Shown here piece after piece: positions 54,514-64,000 of a stretch of DNA of 64,000 bases. Source of the DNA: Clostridia bacterium (GTDB lineage: Bacteria > Bacillota > Clostridia > JAAYHZ01); NCBI GenBank assembly GCA_050950825.1, contig JBMNIH010000002.1, positions 32,001 to 96,000 of the forward strand. Reading direction: 5' to 3'. Numbering within the stretch: the first letter of the stretch is position 1; the number at the start of each line of letters is the position of its first letter. The notes under the pieces are model-generated. The model was not told the origin of the DNA, made no database searches, and worked only from the letters and a program-made list of their open reading frames with translations. The translations under genes were made by a program, and so were the position numbers.

Positions 54514-54699
54514 ATGGCAACAAACAATAGCAATCGCCCTTCAGCTTTTGAAAACATGAAATATGAAGTAGCAAAAGAAGTTGGTGTTAACTTGAACCAA
54601 GGTTACAACGGTGACATTTCTGCCCGTGATGCAGGTAAAATTGGCGGAACAATCGTAAAGAAAGTTTTCGCTCAATACAGAAACAGCCAAGGAATGTAA
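54514..54699 (+). CDS. Alpha/beta-type small acid-soluble spore protein
   Basis: KYEVAKEVGV and ARDAGKIGG motifs; AAGGAGGTG RBS; CATAATA sigma-G-like -10 upstream. Confidence 0.92.
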   Translation: MATNNSNRPSAFENMKYEVAKEVGVNLNQGYNGDISARDAGKIGGTIVKKVFAQYRNSQGM

Positions 54700-54797
54700 C
54701 GGTACCATTAACGAACAGTGGAAAAGATCTTCTTTTCCGCTTATCTTACACCGAATAAGGCTTGTTTCCTCTTAAGGAACAAGTGATCACTAAAAAA

Positions 54798-54824
54798 GTG
54801 AAAACCCGTTTTACGGGTTTTCAC
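54798..54824. terminator. Strong hairpin downstream of the SASP gene
   Basis: GTGAAAACCCGT-TTT-ACGGGTTTTCAC perfect stem. Confidence 0.6.
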
Positions 54825-54923
54825 CAAATAAAGGCAAATAAATCGATACGATCGGTTATCAATTAACAGAGGGGCTTTCACGGCCCTTCATGTTATGCTA
54901 TCGAATATTTTCAGGAGCGATCC

Positions 54924-55616
54924 ATGACCTATGTAATAAGGACAATTGTTTTGTATATCATTGTAATTGCCGTCATGCGGTTAATGGGCAAAAGACAAAT
55001 CGGAGAATTGCAGCCCTATGAGTTGGCTGTCGCCATTATGATATCGGAATTGGCTACCGTGCCCATGCAGGAAACCGGGATGCCGATGGTAAACGGCATT
55101 ATTCCGATTCTGACCATACTGCTGATGCAGCTTACGTTTTCATTTCTTTCTTTAAAAAGCATCAAATTGCGGGCCATTATCAGCGGGAAGCCGGTAATTA
55201 TAATCGAAAAAGGACGTATCGTAGAAGACAATATGAAAAAAGAGCTTTATACCGTCAACGAATTGGCCGAACAGCTGCGTATAAAAAACATAGCCAATAT
55301 CTCGGACGTTGAATATGCCATACTGGAAACCAACGGCCAATTAAGCGTTATACCGAAAGTACAAAATCGAGCGGTAACCTGCGGCGATTTGAATATACCG
55401 GGAAAATACGAGAGCTACCCGTATTATTTGGTTATTGACGGAAAAGTTTTGCCTGAGAATTTTTCAAAAGCCGGTGTCAAAGAAAAAGATTTTTTAAATT
55501 ACATTCATTCTAAAAAGATCGACTCCGTGAAAGACATTTTGTATGCTAACATCGATGATAACAAGAAAATTTTTATACAATTAAAGCTTGAAAAGGGTGG
55601 TAAAATCGTTGAATGA
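54924..55616 (+). CDS. DUF421/YetF family membrane protein
   Basis: RLMGKRQIGEL, AILETNGQLSVIPK, LVIDG. Confidence 0.9.
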   Translation: MTYVIRTIVLYIIVIAVMRLMGKRQIGELQPYELAVAIMISELATVPMQETGMPMVNGIIPILTILLMQLTFSFLSLKSIKLRAIISGKPVIIIEKGRIVEDNMKKELYTVNELAEQLRIKNIANISDVEYAILETNGQLSVIPKVQNRAVTCGDLNIPGKYESYPYYLVIDGKVLPENFSKAGVKEKDFLNYIHSKKIDSVKDILYANIDDNKKIFIQLKLEKGGKIVE

Positions 55617-56001
55617 TACGACTCGTTTTGTTATAGAAATATCCGTTATAATCGCAATCATATTTGTTCTTTTGGCCGTTCCTACGGCTTATATAAAAGG
55701 GTCTACCGAAGAATTTATTTTGATTGTAGACCGCTTAATCGACGAGATTTATAACGAAGAATTTCAAAAGGCGGAAAAAACATTTGACGAACTTTCGGAA
55801 AAGTGGGATAAAGAAAAGGGTCTTTATTCCGTTATCATAGAAGAAAAATTCATCATGGACTTAGACGACAGCTTGACCCAATGCAAATCGGCGGTGAAAA
55901 TCCGACACAAGCCCAATGCCTACGAATACGCTAATATACTTAAAAATGATTTTCGAGAATCCTACTCATCCATCTCGTTTAAGATTTGGAATATATTCTA
56001 A
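55609..56001 (+). CDS. DUF4363-like protein
   Basis: N-terminal TM, helical body, C-terminal WNIF; usual partner of DUF421; probable TTG start at 55609. Confidence 0.7.
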   Translation: MNDTTRFVIEISVIIAIIFVLLAVPTAYIKGSTEEFILIVDRLIDEIYNEEFQKAEKTFDELSEKWDKEKGLYSVIIEEKFIMDLDDSLTQCKSAVKIRHKPNAYEYANILKNDFRESYSSISFKIWNIF

Positions 56002-56792
56002 CGCCCCTTTCCCAAACGGTATCGAACCGTCTCGTATATGGCCAAGGATGCGGCAACGGCGGCGTTTAAAGACTCGCTGTATCCCGGCATCGGGATAAAA
56101 ACCGATCGGTCGCATTTTTCGACGGTGCTTTTTTGAAGCCCGTTGGATTCGTTACCGATAAAAAGCGCTACCCCTTCCCATCTATGAATATCGTAGATGG
56201 TATTGTCCTCCGTTAATGCCAATGCATACGTGAGGATTTTGTTTTCTTTAAAAAAGGCAATCGCTTTATCGGATCCGGGAAAGTGCTTGTATTGAATATG
56301 AAAAATACCTCCCATGGAGGATCGCACGGTTTTCGGAGAAAAAAGATCGACACAGTCCCCGCAGGTTACAAGTCCTTTCACTCCTGCGGCGGCACAAGAA
56401 CGTATAATGGTGCCCATATTGCCTGGATCCTGCAGGTTTTCCAGTACCACGAAAACATCCTTTGGCTCTATTTTTTCTATCGGCTTGATTTCTTTTTTAT
56501 CCAGCACCGCTAAAACTCCTTGAGGTGTTTGCGTATCGGAAATCTTCGAGAACAAGGAAGAGTCAAACAGGACCGTTTGGCCGATTTTCAAGGCGGATAT
56601 CCGAAGGCTTTCCGCCAACTGTTCGTACCTGTCTTCGGAAAAGCAAAGCATCTCAAAAGAAGCACCGGCCTTCGACGCTTCTTCAACGTTCTTAATGCCT
56701 TCGATTATAAAGAAATTTTCTCTGTTCTTTTTATCCAAAAGACCTTTTACAAATTTAAATGTCTTGTTCTCCTTACTCGTTATGACCTTCAT
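55998..56792 (-). CDS. TrmH/SpoU family RNA methyltransferase
   Basis: LQDPGNMGTIIRS, IGNESNG, ESLNAAVA. Confidence 0.92.
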   Translation of the reverse strand: MKVITSKENKTFKFVKGLLDKKNRENFFIIEGIKNVEEASKAGASFEMLCFSEDRYEQLAESLRISALKIGQTVLFDSSLFSKISDTQTPQGVLAVLDKKEIKPIEKIEPKDVFVVLENLQDPGNMGTIIRSCAAAGVKGLVTCGDCVDLFSPKTVRSSMGGIFHIQYKHFPGSDKAIAFFKENKILTYALALTEDNTIYDIHRWEGVALFIGNESNGLQKSTVEKCDRSVFIPMPGYSESLNAAVAASLAIYETVRYRLGKGR

Positions 56793-56821
56793 CGGATTCC
56801 TTTCGCCATTTTTTTATTTTT

Positions 56822-56850
56822 AAAAAGGGAGCGGAACATCCCCTCCCTTT
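56822..56850 (-). terminator. Terminator of infC-rpmI-rplT
   Basis: AAAGGGAG...CTCCCTTT with minus-strand T-run. Confidence 0.75.
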
Positions 56851-56887
56851 GCAAAATCAATCTTCGTGTTTATATAAAGTTTATATA

Positions 56888-57238
56888 TCAAGCCTTTTTA
56901 GCAATTTCAACTAATTGAGCAAATGCTTCCTTATCATTAACAGCCATTTCAGCCAGCATTTTTCTATTGATTTCGATATTGTGCTTTTTCAGTCCGCCCA
57001 TGAACTTCGAATAAGATAATCCGTTGATACGAGCGGCGGCATTGATTCTGTTGATCCATAATTGACGCATATTACGCTTTCTGGCTCTTCTATCCCTGTA
57101 AGCATATACGCCGGATTTCATAACCGCTTGCTTCGCGATTCTGAATTGTCTGCTTTTTGCTCCGAAATATCCTTTTGCTAATTTTAATATCTTTCTACGT
57201 TTTTTATGTGCGTGTACCGCAGCTTTAACTCTTGCCAT
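56888..57238 (-). CDS. rplT: 50S ribosomal protein L20
   Basis: [20 protein letters not shown]. Confidence 0.98.
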   Translation of the reverse strand: MARVKAAVHAHKKRRKILKLAKGYFGAKSRQFRIAKQAVMKSGVYAYRDRRARKRNMRQLWINRINAAARINGLSYSKFMGGLKKHNIEINRKMLAEMAVNDKEAFAQLVEIAKKA

Positions 57239-57259
57239 TCTTTCTTCGCCTCCTTCTTC

Positions 57260-57457
57260 TTATTTATAAGGGATCATTTTTTTGATGGTTGCTTCATCGG
57301 CTTTCGATGCAAAATTACCTAGCCTATGATGCTTTTTGGCTTTCTTGTCCTTGGATATAAGCCGGTGGCTTCTATAAGCATGTGACATCTTGATCTTTCC
57401 GGACGCCGTTTTCTTAAATCTTTTCTTAGATGAACTATGAGTTTTTTGCTTAGGCAT
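57260..57457 (-). CDS. rpmI: 50S ribosomal protein L35
   Basis: MPKQKTH.SSKKRFKKTASGKI. Confidence 0.97.
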   Translation of the reverse strand: MPKQKTHSSSKKRFKKTASGKIKMSHAYRSHRLISKDKKAKKHHRLGNFASKADEATIKKMIPYK

Positions 57458-57593
57458 AATTCTATCTCCTCTCTTTTAACAACTTATATATAAACCAATC
57501 CGAATGTACATTTTATACAAATAGAACGGCATGTTACCCGCCCGGTACACATGCCCGCTCAGATCAAATCAATGTACTTTCGCACTTTTCTCA

Positions 57594-58124
57594 TCAAGCT
57601 TTCGGATTGATAATGATACCGATGCTTTTTCCTTCCATTTTCGGGTTCTTATCAATCTCACCGTACTCCTTTAATGCTTCCGCAAATTTCATGAGGACTT
57701 CTTTACCCGAATCCATATAATTCATTTCTCTGCCTCTGAATTTTACCGTCACCTTAACTTTATCTCCATCCTGTAAAAATTTCGAGGCATTTTTCACTTT
57801 GAAGTTGAAGTCGTGTTCTTCGATTTTGGGCTTTAACCAAATCTCTTTTACCGAAACAACTTTCTGTTTTTTCTTGGCATCTTTCAGCTTCTTGTTTTGT
57901 TCAAAAATGAACTTGCCGTAATCAATGATTTTGCAAACCGGCGGCGTTGCTTTAGGAGTCAGCAGTACCAAGTCCATTCCGTATTCATCGGCTTTCGCCT
58001 GTGCTTCGCTGATTGACATGATCCCTAGCTGCTTGCCGTCGTTTGTTACAACCCTCACTTCTTTTGCTCTAATTTGATCATTGACTAAATAATCAAAATT
58101 TTTGCCGTCAACCTTACTGATAAT
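57594..58124 (-). CDS. infC: Translation initiation factor IF-3, non-AUG start
   Basis: NDQIRAKEVR, PPVCKIIDYGKF, GDKVK..FRGRE; GGAGG followed by ATT (58124) or ATC (58121). Confidence 0.95.
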   Translation of the reverse strand: MISKVDGKNFDYLVNDQIRAKEVRVVTNDGKQLGIMSISEAQAKADEYGMDLVLLTPKATPPVCKIIDYGKFIFEQNKKLKDAKKKQKVVSVKEIWLKPKIEEHDFNFKVKNASKFLQDGDKVKVTVKFRGREMNYMDSGKEVLMKFAEALKEYGEIDKNPKMEGKSIGIIINPKA

Positions 58125-58139
58125 AACACCTCCATGAAA

Positions 58140-58243
58140 TAAAAAAAGTGGACACACTTATCCACCTCAATGAAAACACAAAAGCGTTTTATTTACCGAT
58201 ACAAAGCAATTTTCGTACGGTGAGAAGTGGATCTTCTACTTCA
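58140..58243 (-). promoter_or_regulatory. L20 leader (ribosomal-protein autoregulatory RNA)
   Basis: Minus strand AGTAGAAG.TCCACTTCTCACC...GTGGATAAGTGTGTCCAC-T7 upstream of infC. Confidence 0.8.
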
Positions 58244-58253
58244 TTTGATAAAC

Positions 58254-58282
58254 ACTCTAACATAAGGTTTTACGGTTGTCAA
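58254..58282 (-). promoter_or_regulatory. Sigma-A promoter of the infC operon
   Basis: TTGACA-N17-TAGAGT with extended TG. Confidence 0.75.
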
Positions 58283-58404
58283 CAAAAAATTTTACATAAA
58301 CCCGATTTCTTCGGGCGATCCCTTGCCTTTCGCTATGTTCTATGTAAAAGAAGATGACAACAATTCAAATGAAAGAAGCTGCCATCTTCTTTTTTATTCA
58401 TACC

Positions 58405-59991
58405 TTATACCATCGCTTCGGCACCGATGCTTTTTGTATGCCGGGCCGTGACGATCCACGAGCTTTCTTTATCGGACAGAACAAACCATTCGAACGAAAT
58501 TTTCTCGCCCGGCTTAACGTCAGACTTCAAAATGGTTTTATTCATACCCCCAACAAGCCTTCCTCCCTTAGGCTCCGCTAAGCTTATCTCAACAGGGGTT
58601 TTTGCGGATCGACCCTTTGAAGCAATCATACCGTTGGCAGGAAGCATACCTTTGTTGGTCAAGGTTCCCGTTATTCGGTATAAATTTCCCTCCAAATGCT
58701 CCTTTTTCATGTTTTCGAAAACGAAACGAGGACACATCATGGCATGCCGGATCAAGCCTTCGAAAGCCTTCGGGGGTACCGTATCATTTGGAAAGCTCAG
58801 TCCGTATGCATTCGCCGTGGTGATACCGCCGATTTCCACCTTTCCGATTTGGGGATGATCAAACTCGGTCCAAGGATAAAAGAATTCCGTTCCTCTTTCA
58901 TCGTGAAATTTTAAAAGCTCCAAAACATATTTGTCGTTGTTTTTGTAAAAGTCCTTGGTCATCACCATATCAATGGTATTACGCCCCATTTGGTTGAAAC
59001 CGTTTCCCAATTCCATGGAATAAAAGCTGATACCCAGCATAAAATGTACAAACTCGTCCGAAGTGCCGCCGTAACCGGATATGAGGGGCTCGGTTTCATA
59101 ACGATATCCGCTGACCAAATAAGGAAATCCGGTCGCTTCGCTTATGGCGTTCCCTACTTTTTTCATCAATTCCAGGTCTTCTTTATCGTAAAAGTCATCC
59201 GGCAAGCTGCCCGGTCTAAAAACGGCATTCGAACCGTTGTGAATGTCTATACCCGCAAAAATGTTGGGCCTTGACAAAAGAAAATCCGCTACACTTTTTA
59301 TTTCCTGTTCGCTTAACGGATATTTTCCCGCTAACGGGTTATTCGGCTGCCAATAAACGGGATAATTACGATTAAAGTCAACGACGGTGCTTTGGGGATT
59401 GTAAAATTCCCCTCCGGAGTAATCGTGAATAATCCCTTCCGTATAAACTTTGTAAAAAGGACCTTCCGTATCGTCGCTTTTTCTCGGTACCATATATCTC
59501 GGATCGTCCGGATGCGGTTTCATGTTGCCGTCATCGCACCGGATCCTCATTTTCAATATCTTTCCGTCTCCGTTAATATCCTTCGGAATGATATGATCCT
59601 TGACATAATGCACGGTTGCTCTGCTTCGAACCACGTATTTTTGCTTTACGGCCAGTTCCGCACCGTCAGGATTAACGCGGGGAACAATGTAAAAAGCCAT
59701 ATCATTTAAAAGGTCTCGATATTGCGGATCACTGCATATTTTTTGCGCAAAGTAAAGACAAACGGTTGTGCCCTCCGCTTCATTGGAATGGACATTGGCT
59801 TGCATGTAATAAGCCGGCTTTTGGTCATGTTTTTTCTCTTTGGATGATATAATCAGCAAAGGCAAATCTCTTCCTTCGAAGGATGTTCCAATCGAAGAAA
59901 CCTCAACCAGGTCGGGATAGGCATCCGCTAAAATCCTTATGGCTTCAATCATTTCGTCGTAGCCGTAGAAACCGTCCAGCTTAATATTCAT
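58405..59991 (-). CDS. M14 zinc carboxypeptidase family protein
   Basis: IGTSFEGR, HSNE (HxxE), PRVNPDG, DFNRNY, DIH. Confidence 0.88.
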   Translation of the reverse strand: MNIKLDGFYGYDEMIEAIRILADAYPDLVEVSSIGTSFEGRDLPLLIISSKEKKHDQKPAYYMQANVHSNEAEGTTVCLYFAQKICSDPQYRDLLNDMAFYIVPRVNPDGAELAVKQKYVVRSRATVHYVKDHIIPKDINGDGKILKMRIRCDDGNMKPHPDDPRYMVPRKSDDTEGPFYKVYTEGIIHDYSGGEFYNPQSTVVDFNRNYPVYWQPNNPLAGKYPLSEQEIKSVADFLLSRPNIFAGIDIHNGSNAVFRPGSLPDDFYDKEDLELMKKVGNAISEATGFPYLVSGYRYETEPLISGYGGTSDEFVHFMLGISFYSMELGNGFNQMGRNTIDMVMTKDFYKNNDKYVLELLKFHDERGTEFFYPWTEFDHPQIGKVEIGGITTANAYGLSFPNDTVPPKAFEGLIRHAMMCPRFVFENMKKEHLEGNLYRITGTLTNKGMLPANGMIASKGRSAKTPVEISLAEPKGGRLVGGMNKTILKSDVKPGEKISFEWFVLSDKESSWIVTARHTKSIGAEAMV

Positions 59992-60052
59992 CGCTTTCAA
60001 ATCTCCTTTATATTTATATAATACTTCATTCCATTTTTTCGTAACGTTATGA

Positions 60053-60790
60053 CTACATATCTTTTAAAGACTCTTTAAAAGATTGAAATGCAGCCTGTGC
60101 ATCAATGTCTTCCTCATAAGACCCGATTGAAAACCATCCGTCAAAGCTGCGGGCCAATAATATGGACGCCATTTCCTTTACTTCCGCGTTTCCCGTTCCG
60201 GGTAACACCGCCTTTTTCGTTTTGTAAAGGCAATCGTTTACCCTCATGATAAGAATATCGTTTTTCAATCGACTTCGATAGAATCGGTGAAAGAAAGGAT
60301 GTACCTTCTCCTTAACATATTCTGCGGGATTAAAAATGAATTTCGGCTTTACCGTAAGATCGTTCTTGAATAAATCTTCAAAAAAGTTAATAACAGCGGT
60401 TTCTCCCGCACGGTTTTCCACTAAAACATCAATGTTATAAGCTTTTGCAACGGTACACAATTCGAAAAAAGCATCCTGCTTTCCCGGGTCCGTAGCAATG
60501 TCCAAATCCATTAAAGGCTGTACGCACTTGACTCCGAGTAATACCGCTCTTTTAAATAATTCTTTATGGAAGTCGACTTCATAATACGGAACCTCGGTAT
60601 GAATATTGATAATGATTTTCTGGCTTTCGATGAGTAAGTTTCGTATGTCCTCCAAATGATCCCATGATATAAAGTCACCGTCTTGGAATAAGAAGTTTCC
60701 CGTTTCCAGATAGTTAATTTTCATACTATCGGCCTTATCAACCAACTTCGTTAAACTCAACGCCTTATCGTATATGCTGTACTTAAACAT
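60053..60790 (-). CDS. Xylose-isomerase-like TIM-barrel protein (degenerate)
   Basis: VLVEN, FNPAEY, VND, LPGTGNAEV, FDGWFS. Confidence 0.6.
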   Translation of the reverse strand: MFKYSIYDKALSLTKLVDKADSMKINYLETGNFLFQDGDFISWDHLEDIRNLLIESQKIIINIHTEVPYYEVDFHKELFKRAVLLGVKCVQPLMDLDIATDPGKQDAFFELCTVAKAYNIDVLVENRAGETAVINFFEDLFKNDLTVKPKFIFNPAEYVKEKVHPFFHRFYRSRLKNDILIMRVNDCLYKTKKAVLPGTGNAEVKEMASILLARSFDGWFSIGSYEEDIDAQAAFQSFKESLKDM

Positions 60791-60801
60791 GTTTTTCCCC
60801 C

Positions 60802-61653
60802 CTATATTACGCAGATTTCACATTGATCGTCTTCACAGCCGTTACCATGATAGAGGCTTAGGTCGATCTCGTCCGAGCCGTATAGCTTCCTAGACCAGTT
60901 ACACGAATTGCATACCTCCTTTTCGCAAATGAAGAATAAGGGATCCTTTTCCAATACGCCAAGACCTATTTCAAATAAGTCATTGATGTTCATGATTTTA
61001 ACCGATGCAAGCCCGATATATCCTTGAATTAATTTGCCCTTTCGTCTTAAATAAGGGGTCAGCTTTAAAAAATCTCGATGCCCCGGGGGGAATTTCTTTA
61101 AAGTAAACGTTTTTTTATGATAATCATGAATATACGTAGGTGCAGGAATATCAAGCGTTCTTAAGTACTTTGCATCAATGGCCTCTTCTAACGAATGCAT
61201 AATGGTGTTCCTGTCCATATCCACCCCTAAAAGCATTACTTTTGCATCAAATTCCCGCAGTTTTAAATACGGAGTTCCTTCTCCGCAACCGGTTTCACAT
61301 TTATCATGGTCCGCCGTTATATATTCGGCATTCTTTCCAAAAGCGGCAACGGAATGAACGGGATGCAAGCTTCTTTTAACCCCCGGCATTTTTCTGAACA
61401 CTTCCGAAATAATCCCTACCGCCGACGGTGTTTTTTCAGGGTCAAAGGCTTTATCCCACATTGTTAATGTGGACATTACCAAAGTACCTTCTTCGCCTAA
61501 AAGATCCAACAAAGCTCTGATAACCGTCGCAGGACCTCCGTCTACCTTACCCATGGAAGACAATGCGCTATGGACCAGTAAAGTATCCCCTTCTTTGATG
61601 CCTAAAACACGCAAGTTCGTTACTATGTCTTCATACCTTACAACCTTCTCCAT
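60802..61653 (-). CDS. AAC(3)/YokD-family N-acetyltransferase
   Basis: LLVHSALSSMG.VDGG, GTLVM, RSLHPVHSVAA, LLGV..NTIMH.LE. Confidence 0.88.
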   Translation of the reverse strand: MEKVVRYEDIVTNLRVLGIKEGDTLLVHSALSSMGKVDGGPATVIRALLDLLGEEGTLVMSTLTMWDKAFDPEKTPSAVGIISEVFRKMPGVKRSLHPVHSVAAFGKNAEYITADHDKCETGCGEGTPYLKLREFDAKVMLLGVDMDRNTIMHSLEEAIDAKYLRTLDIPAPTYIHDYHKKTFTLKKFPPGHRDFLKLTPYLRRKGKLIQGYIGLASVKIMNINDLFEIGLGVLEKDPLFFICEKEVCNSCNWSRKLYGSDEIDLSLYHGNGCEDDQCEICVI

Positions 61654-62350
61654 GATAACCCATCTCCTCTACAATAACCGCTCTGCAAGGCGTGCAGCTT
61701 GTTCCTTCAATCTTTAAAGGAAGAACCGTCAGTTTGCACCTTACAGAACTTATTTTATGTAAATTTACACATGGTGCCAACATTAAAATGTTCGCATCAT
61801 AAAAAGCTTGAAAAAATCCTTCCGATTTCCTTATGTTATCCCAGCGCGGGAAATCGCTTCCTAAAAGATACGGTTTCAATGAAATCAAATATTCCATAGC
61901 CTCTTTTTTAATATACGGAGACTTGTCCAAAAAATATTCCTTCTCCCAAGCGGCACCCCAACCCGTACTTAAGAGGATGGCACTGCCTTCACAGGGAGAA
62001 TCCTTTTCCAAAACGTCTTTCAGCATGGAAATCGTAATGCAAGCTTGTTCCTTTTTTTGCTCTGATTCTTCAAAATACCGCTCCAAATGTACGATCGTAC
62101 AATTCATTTCATACAGCTTTTCGACCGGAACATCGGTTATAAGGTAAGACCGGTCATTGCCAAAATAATGTGCGGGAGTTTCAAGGTAGGTCCCGGTTTG
62201 GGAATGAAGACCTTCGAATATTTCGCAAAATACTTTTCCCTTGACCCAAGGAACTTCCGGAAGAGGTTGGAGACAAAATTTAGGGAAAGGCGGTTCGTAG
62301 TTCCACATACCGGTATAAACAGAGCCTGTAATGTCGGTGATTTTTTTCAT
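61631..62350 (-). CDS. Cyclase (kynurenine formamidase-like) family protein
   Basis: HSQTGTYLETPAH, STGW, GSD, LPLKIEG.SCTPCRAV; start 62350 after GGGAG. Confidence 0.8.
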   Translation of the reverse strand: MKKITDITGSVYTGMWNYEPPFPKFCLQPLPEVPWVKGKVFCEIFEGLHSQTGTYLETPAHYFGNDRSYLITDVPVEKLYEMNCTIVHLERYFEESEQKKEQACITISMLKDVLEKDSPCEGSAILLSTGWGAAWEKEYFLDKSPYIKKEAMEYLISLKPYLLGSDFPRWDNIRKSEGFFQAFYDANILMLAPCVNLHKISSVRCKLTVLPLKIEGTSCTPCRAVIVEEMGYHGEGCKV

Positions 62351-62500
62351 TCGAAAACACTCCCTTTTGTTACCATTCATGGTCATTTTGATTGTACCAT
62401 ATTCATGCATTTTTATCATTAGGTGCATGGAAATTTTGGTGATTGCGACTTTTTTCCTGAACGATTATAATGAAGGAAAACGAATCCAATGAGGTATATT

Positions 62501-63649
62501 ATGGACAAGCAATTAGATCTTATGATTCGCTATCTGGAAAATAACAAAGAACAATACAAAGAGGCGGTAAGAAAGCAATACCGGTTTTGGACGGAAGAAA
62601 CGGAAGATGCACCGCCTTTGCTGCTGCAGCGAAAAGATATGCCTGATTTAGGTTTCGCTCCGAATTCCTACGATTTTGAAGAAATACAATACGATGATAG
62701 GAAAATGCTTTACGCAGGGCTTCGCGGAGCTTTAACAGCCGCCGGAGATTCGGTTCCCTCCATTCGAGCCAATAAAGGCTGCGGCATCTATGCCAACTTG
62801 TTAGGGGTAAAATCCGATTACTTTCCGGATAAAATGCCTTGGGTCAAACAGCATTTGACGAAAGAACAAATATCCGCTATGGAACCGGATTCCGTTTCCT
62901 TTAACGACCAATTTAAAAAAGGCCTGGAAACCATGGCTTATATGGCGGAACGTTTGAAGGGTACCGGATGCTTGGTGTATCCTTTGGATTTGCAAGGAGC
63001 CGTAGATACCGCTCATCTGGTGTACGGCGACGATTATTTTTACGATCTTTACGACGATCCTCCTTTTATTCATCATCTGATGAATATCACGGTGCAGGCT
63101 CTTATTAAAGGCTGTAAAGCGGTACTTGATTTGCTGGACGAAACCGGCAACACAAGCTTGGATCATCTTTCTTTTATACCTCATTATAACAACCTGATCA
63201 TACCGAAATCGAAAGGCGGGCTCAAATTCAGCGAAGATACCACCACTCTTTTGAATCCCGACCAGATCGATGAGTTTGCCATACCGTACCTTGAGCAAGT
63301 ATCCAATGCCTTTAATGGCGGCTATGTACACTACTGCGGGAAGAACAACCATTTGTATGAACGGATAATGAACATACCTTCCGTATGCGGCATCAATTTC
63401 GGGAATCCCGAAAAGCACAATATGGAGGAAGTTTTAAATCGTTGCGCTCAAACCGGTAAAGTATATTACGGCGATTTGAGCCATGTCGGCATAGGGAAAG
63501 ATCTTTTCGACTATTTTTACAAATGCTTGAAGGCTTCCTATAACGGTCGATCCTTTAAATTCTTACCCGTTTATTCTTGCTATTCTCATGAGATTCCCGA
63601 TGTAATAAAGACTTGGAAGGATGCGGCCAAAGCCGTTATTGAGGGTTGA
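62501..63649 (+). CDS. Uroporphyrinogen decarboxylase/MtaA-like TIM-barrel protein
   Basis: DLQGAVDTAHLVYG, YDLYDDP, SEDTTTLL, HYCG. Confidence 0.7.
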   Translation: MDKQLDLMIRYLENNKEQYKEAVRKQYRFWTEETEDAPPLLLQRKDMPDLGFAPNSYDFEEIQYDDRKMLYAGLRGALTAAGDSVPSIRANKGCGIYANLLGVKSDYFPDKMPWVKQHLTKEQISAMEPDSVSFNDQFKKGLETMAYMAERLKGTGCLVYPLDLQGAVDTAHLVYGDDYFYDLYDDPPFIHHLMNITVQALIKGCKAVLDLLDETGNTSLDHLSFIPHYNNLIIPKSKGGLKFSEDTTTLLNPDQIDEFAIPYLEQVSNAFNGGYVHYCGKNNHLYERIMNIPSVCGINFGNPEKHNMEEVLNRCAQTGKVYYGDLSHVGIGKDLFDYFYKCLKASYNGRSFKFLPVYSCYSHEIPDVIKTWKDAAKAVIEG

Positions 63650-63713
63650 TTATCATACACGGCATTTGAGAAAAAAGGAACTTTGTAAATAAAAGAGAAA
63701 CGTTTTGAATACA

Positions 63714-63748
63714 AAAGGCGGCTTTATCGGCTGCCTTCTCTTTTTTTC
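63714..63748 (+). terminator. Rho-independent terminator
   Basis: AAGGCGGC...GCTGCCTT followed by T-run. Confidence 0.7.
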
Positions 63749-63847
63749 TCCGGTAAAAACATATTATTGAACATTTTTACCGATACTTAACCGAAGTACC
63801 GGTCCGAACGTCAAAAATTGAAGACCGGTATCATCGGTGTTGTTTTT

Positions 63848-64000
63848 CTATTGAGTATTTGAAATCTCTTCCGACCTTGTATCCTTTTTTGCTTCTCTGC
63901 AAGCTTCGCAAGGATAATATCGGTTAAGCCAATCCAACTCGGTACGCTCATCGTTCCGTTCGTACCATCCTTCACCATGAAGTCGGTTAATCCTTTGAAA
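63848..64000 (-). CDS. Possible 3' end of a gene running off the window
   Basis: Open frame FQRINRLHGEGWYERNDERTELDWLNRYYPCEACREAKK...TAG; no family recognised. Confidence 0.4.
   Translation of the reverse strand, partial: FQRINRLHGEGWYERNDERTELDWLNRYYPCEACREAKKDTRSEEISNTQ

Noticed and set aside
60802-61653. Acquired aminoglycoside resistance gene
   Set aside because: YokD-like chromosomal homolog inside a metabolic operon with no mobile context; resistance cannot be inferred
62801-63418. 205-aa ORF antisense to the UroD-like gene (similarly 47717-48301 and 7865-8401)
   Set aside because: Antisense to recognisable genes, with no motifs of their own

Overview
A 64-kb chromosomal window from an endospore-forming Clostridia-like bacterium (SASP, YetF/DUF421, DacB-like carboxypeptidase, sigma-A promoters, Firmicutes-type L20 leader). 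The right half is mostly core genome: a complete minus-strand rRNA operon (16S, tRNA-Ile, 23S, 5S), infC-rpmI-rplT, lemA/TPM and sporulation genes. The left half is accessory, with orphan catabolic enzymes, transporters and mobile DNA. Two candidate systems stand out. (1) A RAYT-like HUH/Y1 nuclease with a DnaA-domain-IV-like tail (9048-10001) sits among about a dozen intergenic copies of an asymmetric repeat (consensus AWTGAGAACCGTCCCY) between 5.9 and 35.9 kb. The copies often lie just after stop codons, and one perfect 18-bp inverted pair brackets a whole orphan gene. (2) A nested, truncated IS256/ISLre2 pair in which each element carries its own copy of a ~165-nt covarying multi-stem hairpin. 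The hairpin contains a correctly spaced -35/-10 promoter and resembles a single-strand origin; ISLre2 is inserted 16 bp upstream of that -35 box. Smaller finds are a zinc-ribbon gene split at an A_AAT_TTT slippery site, an unlisted 57-aa gene convergent with the rRNA operon, and a pan-like hairpin upstream of an ECF S-component. Everything was read by eye and no database searches were run.
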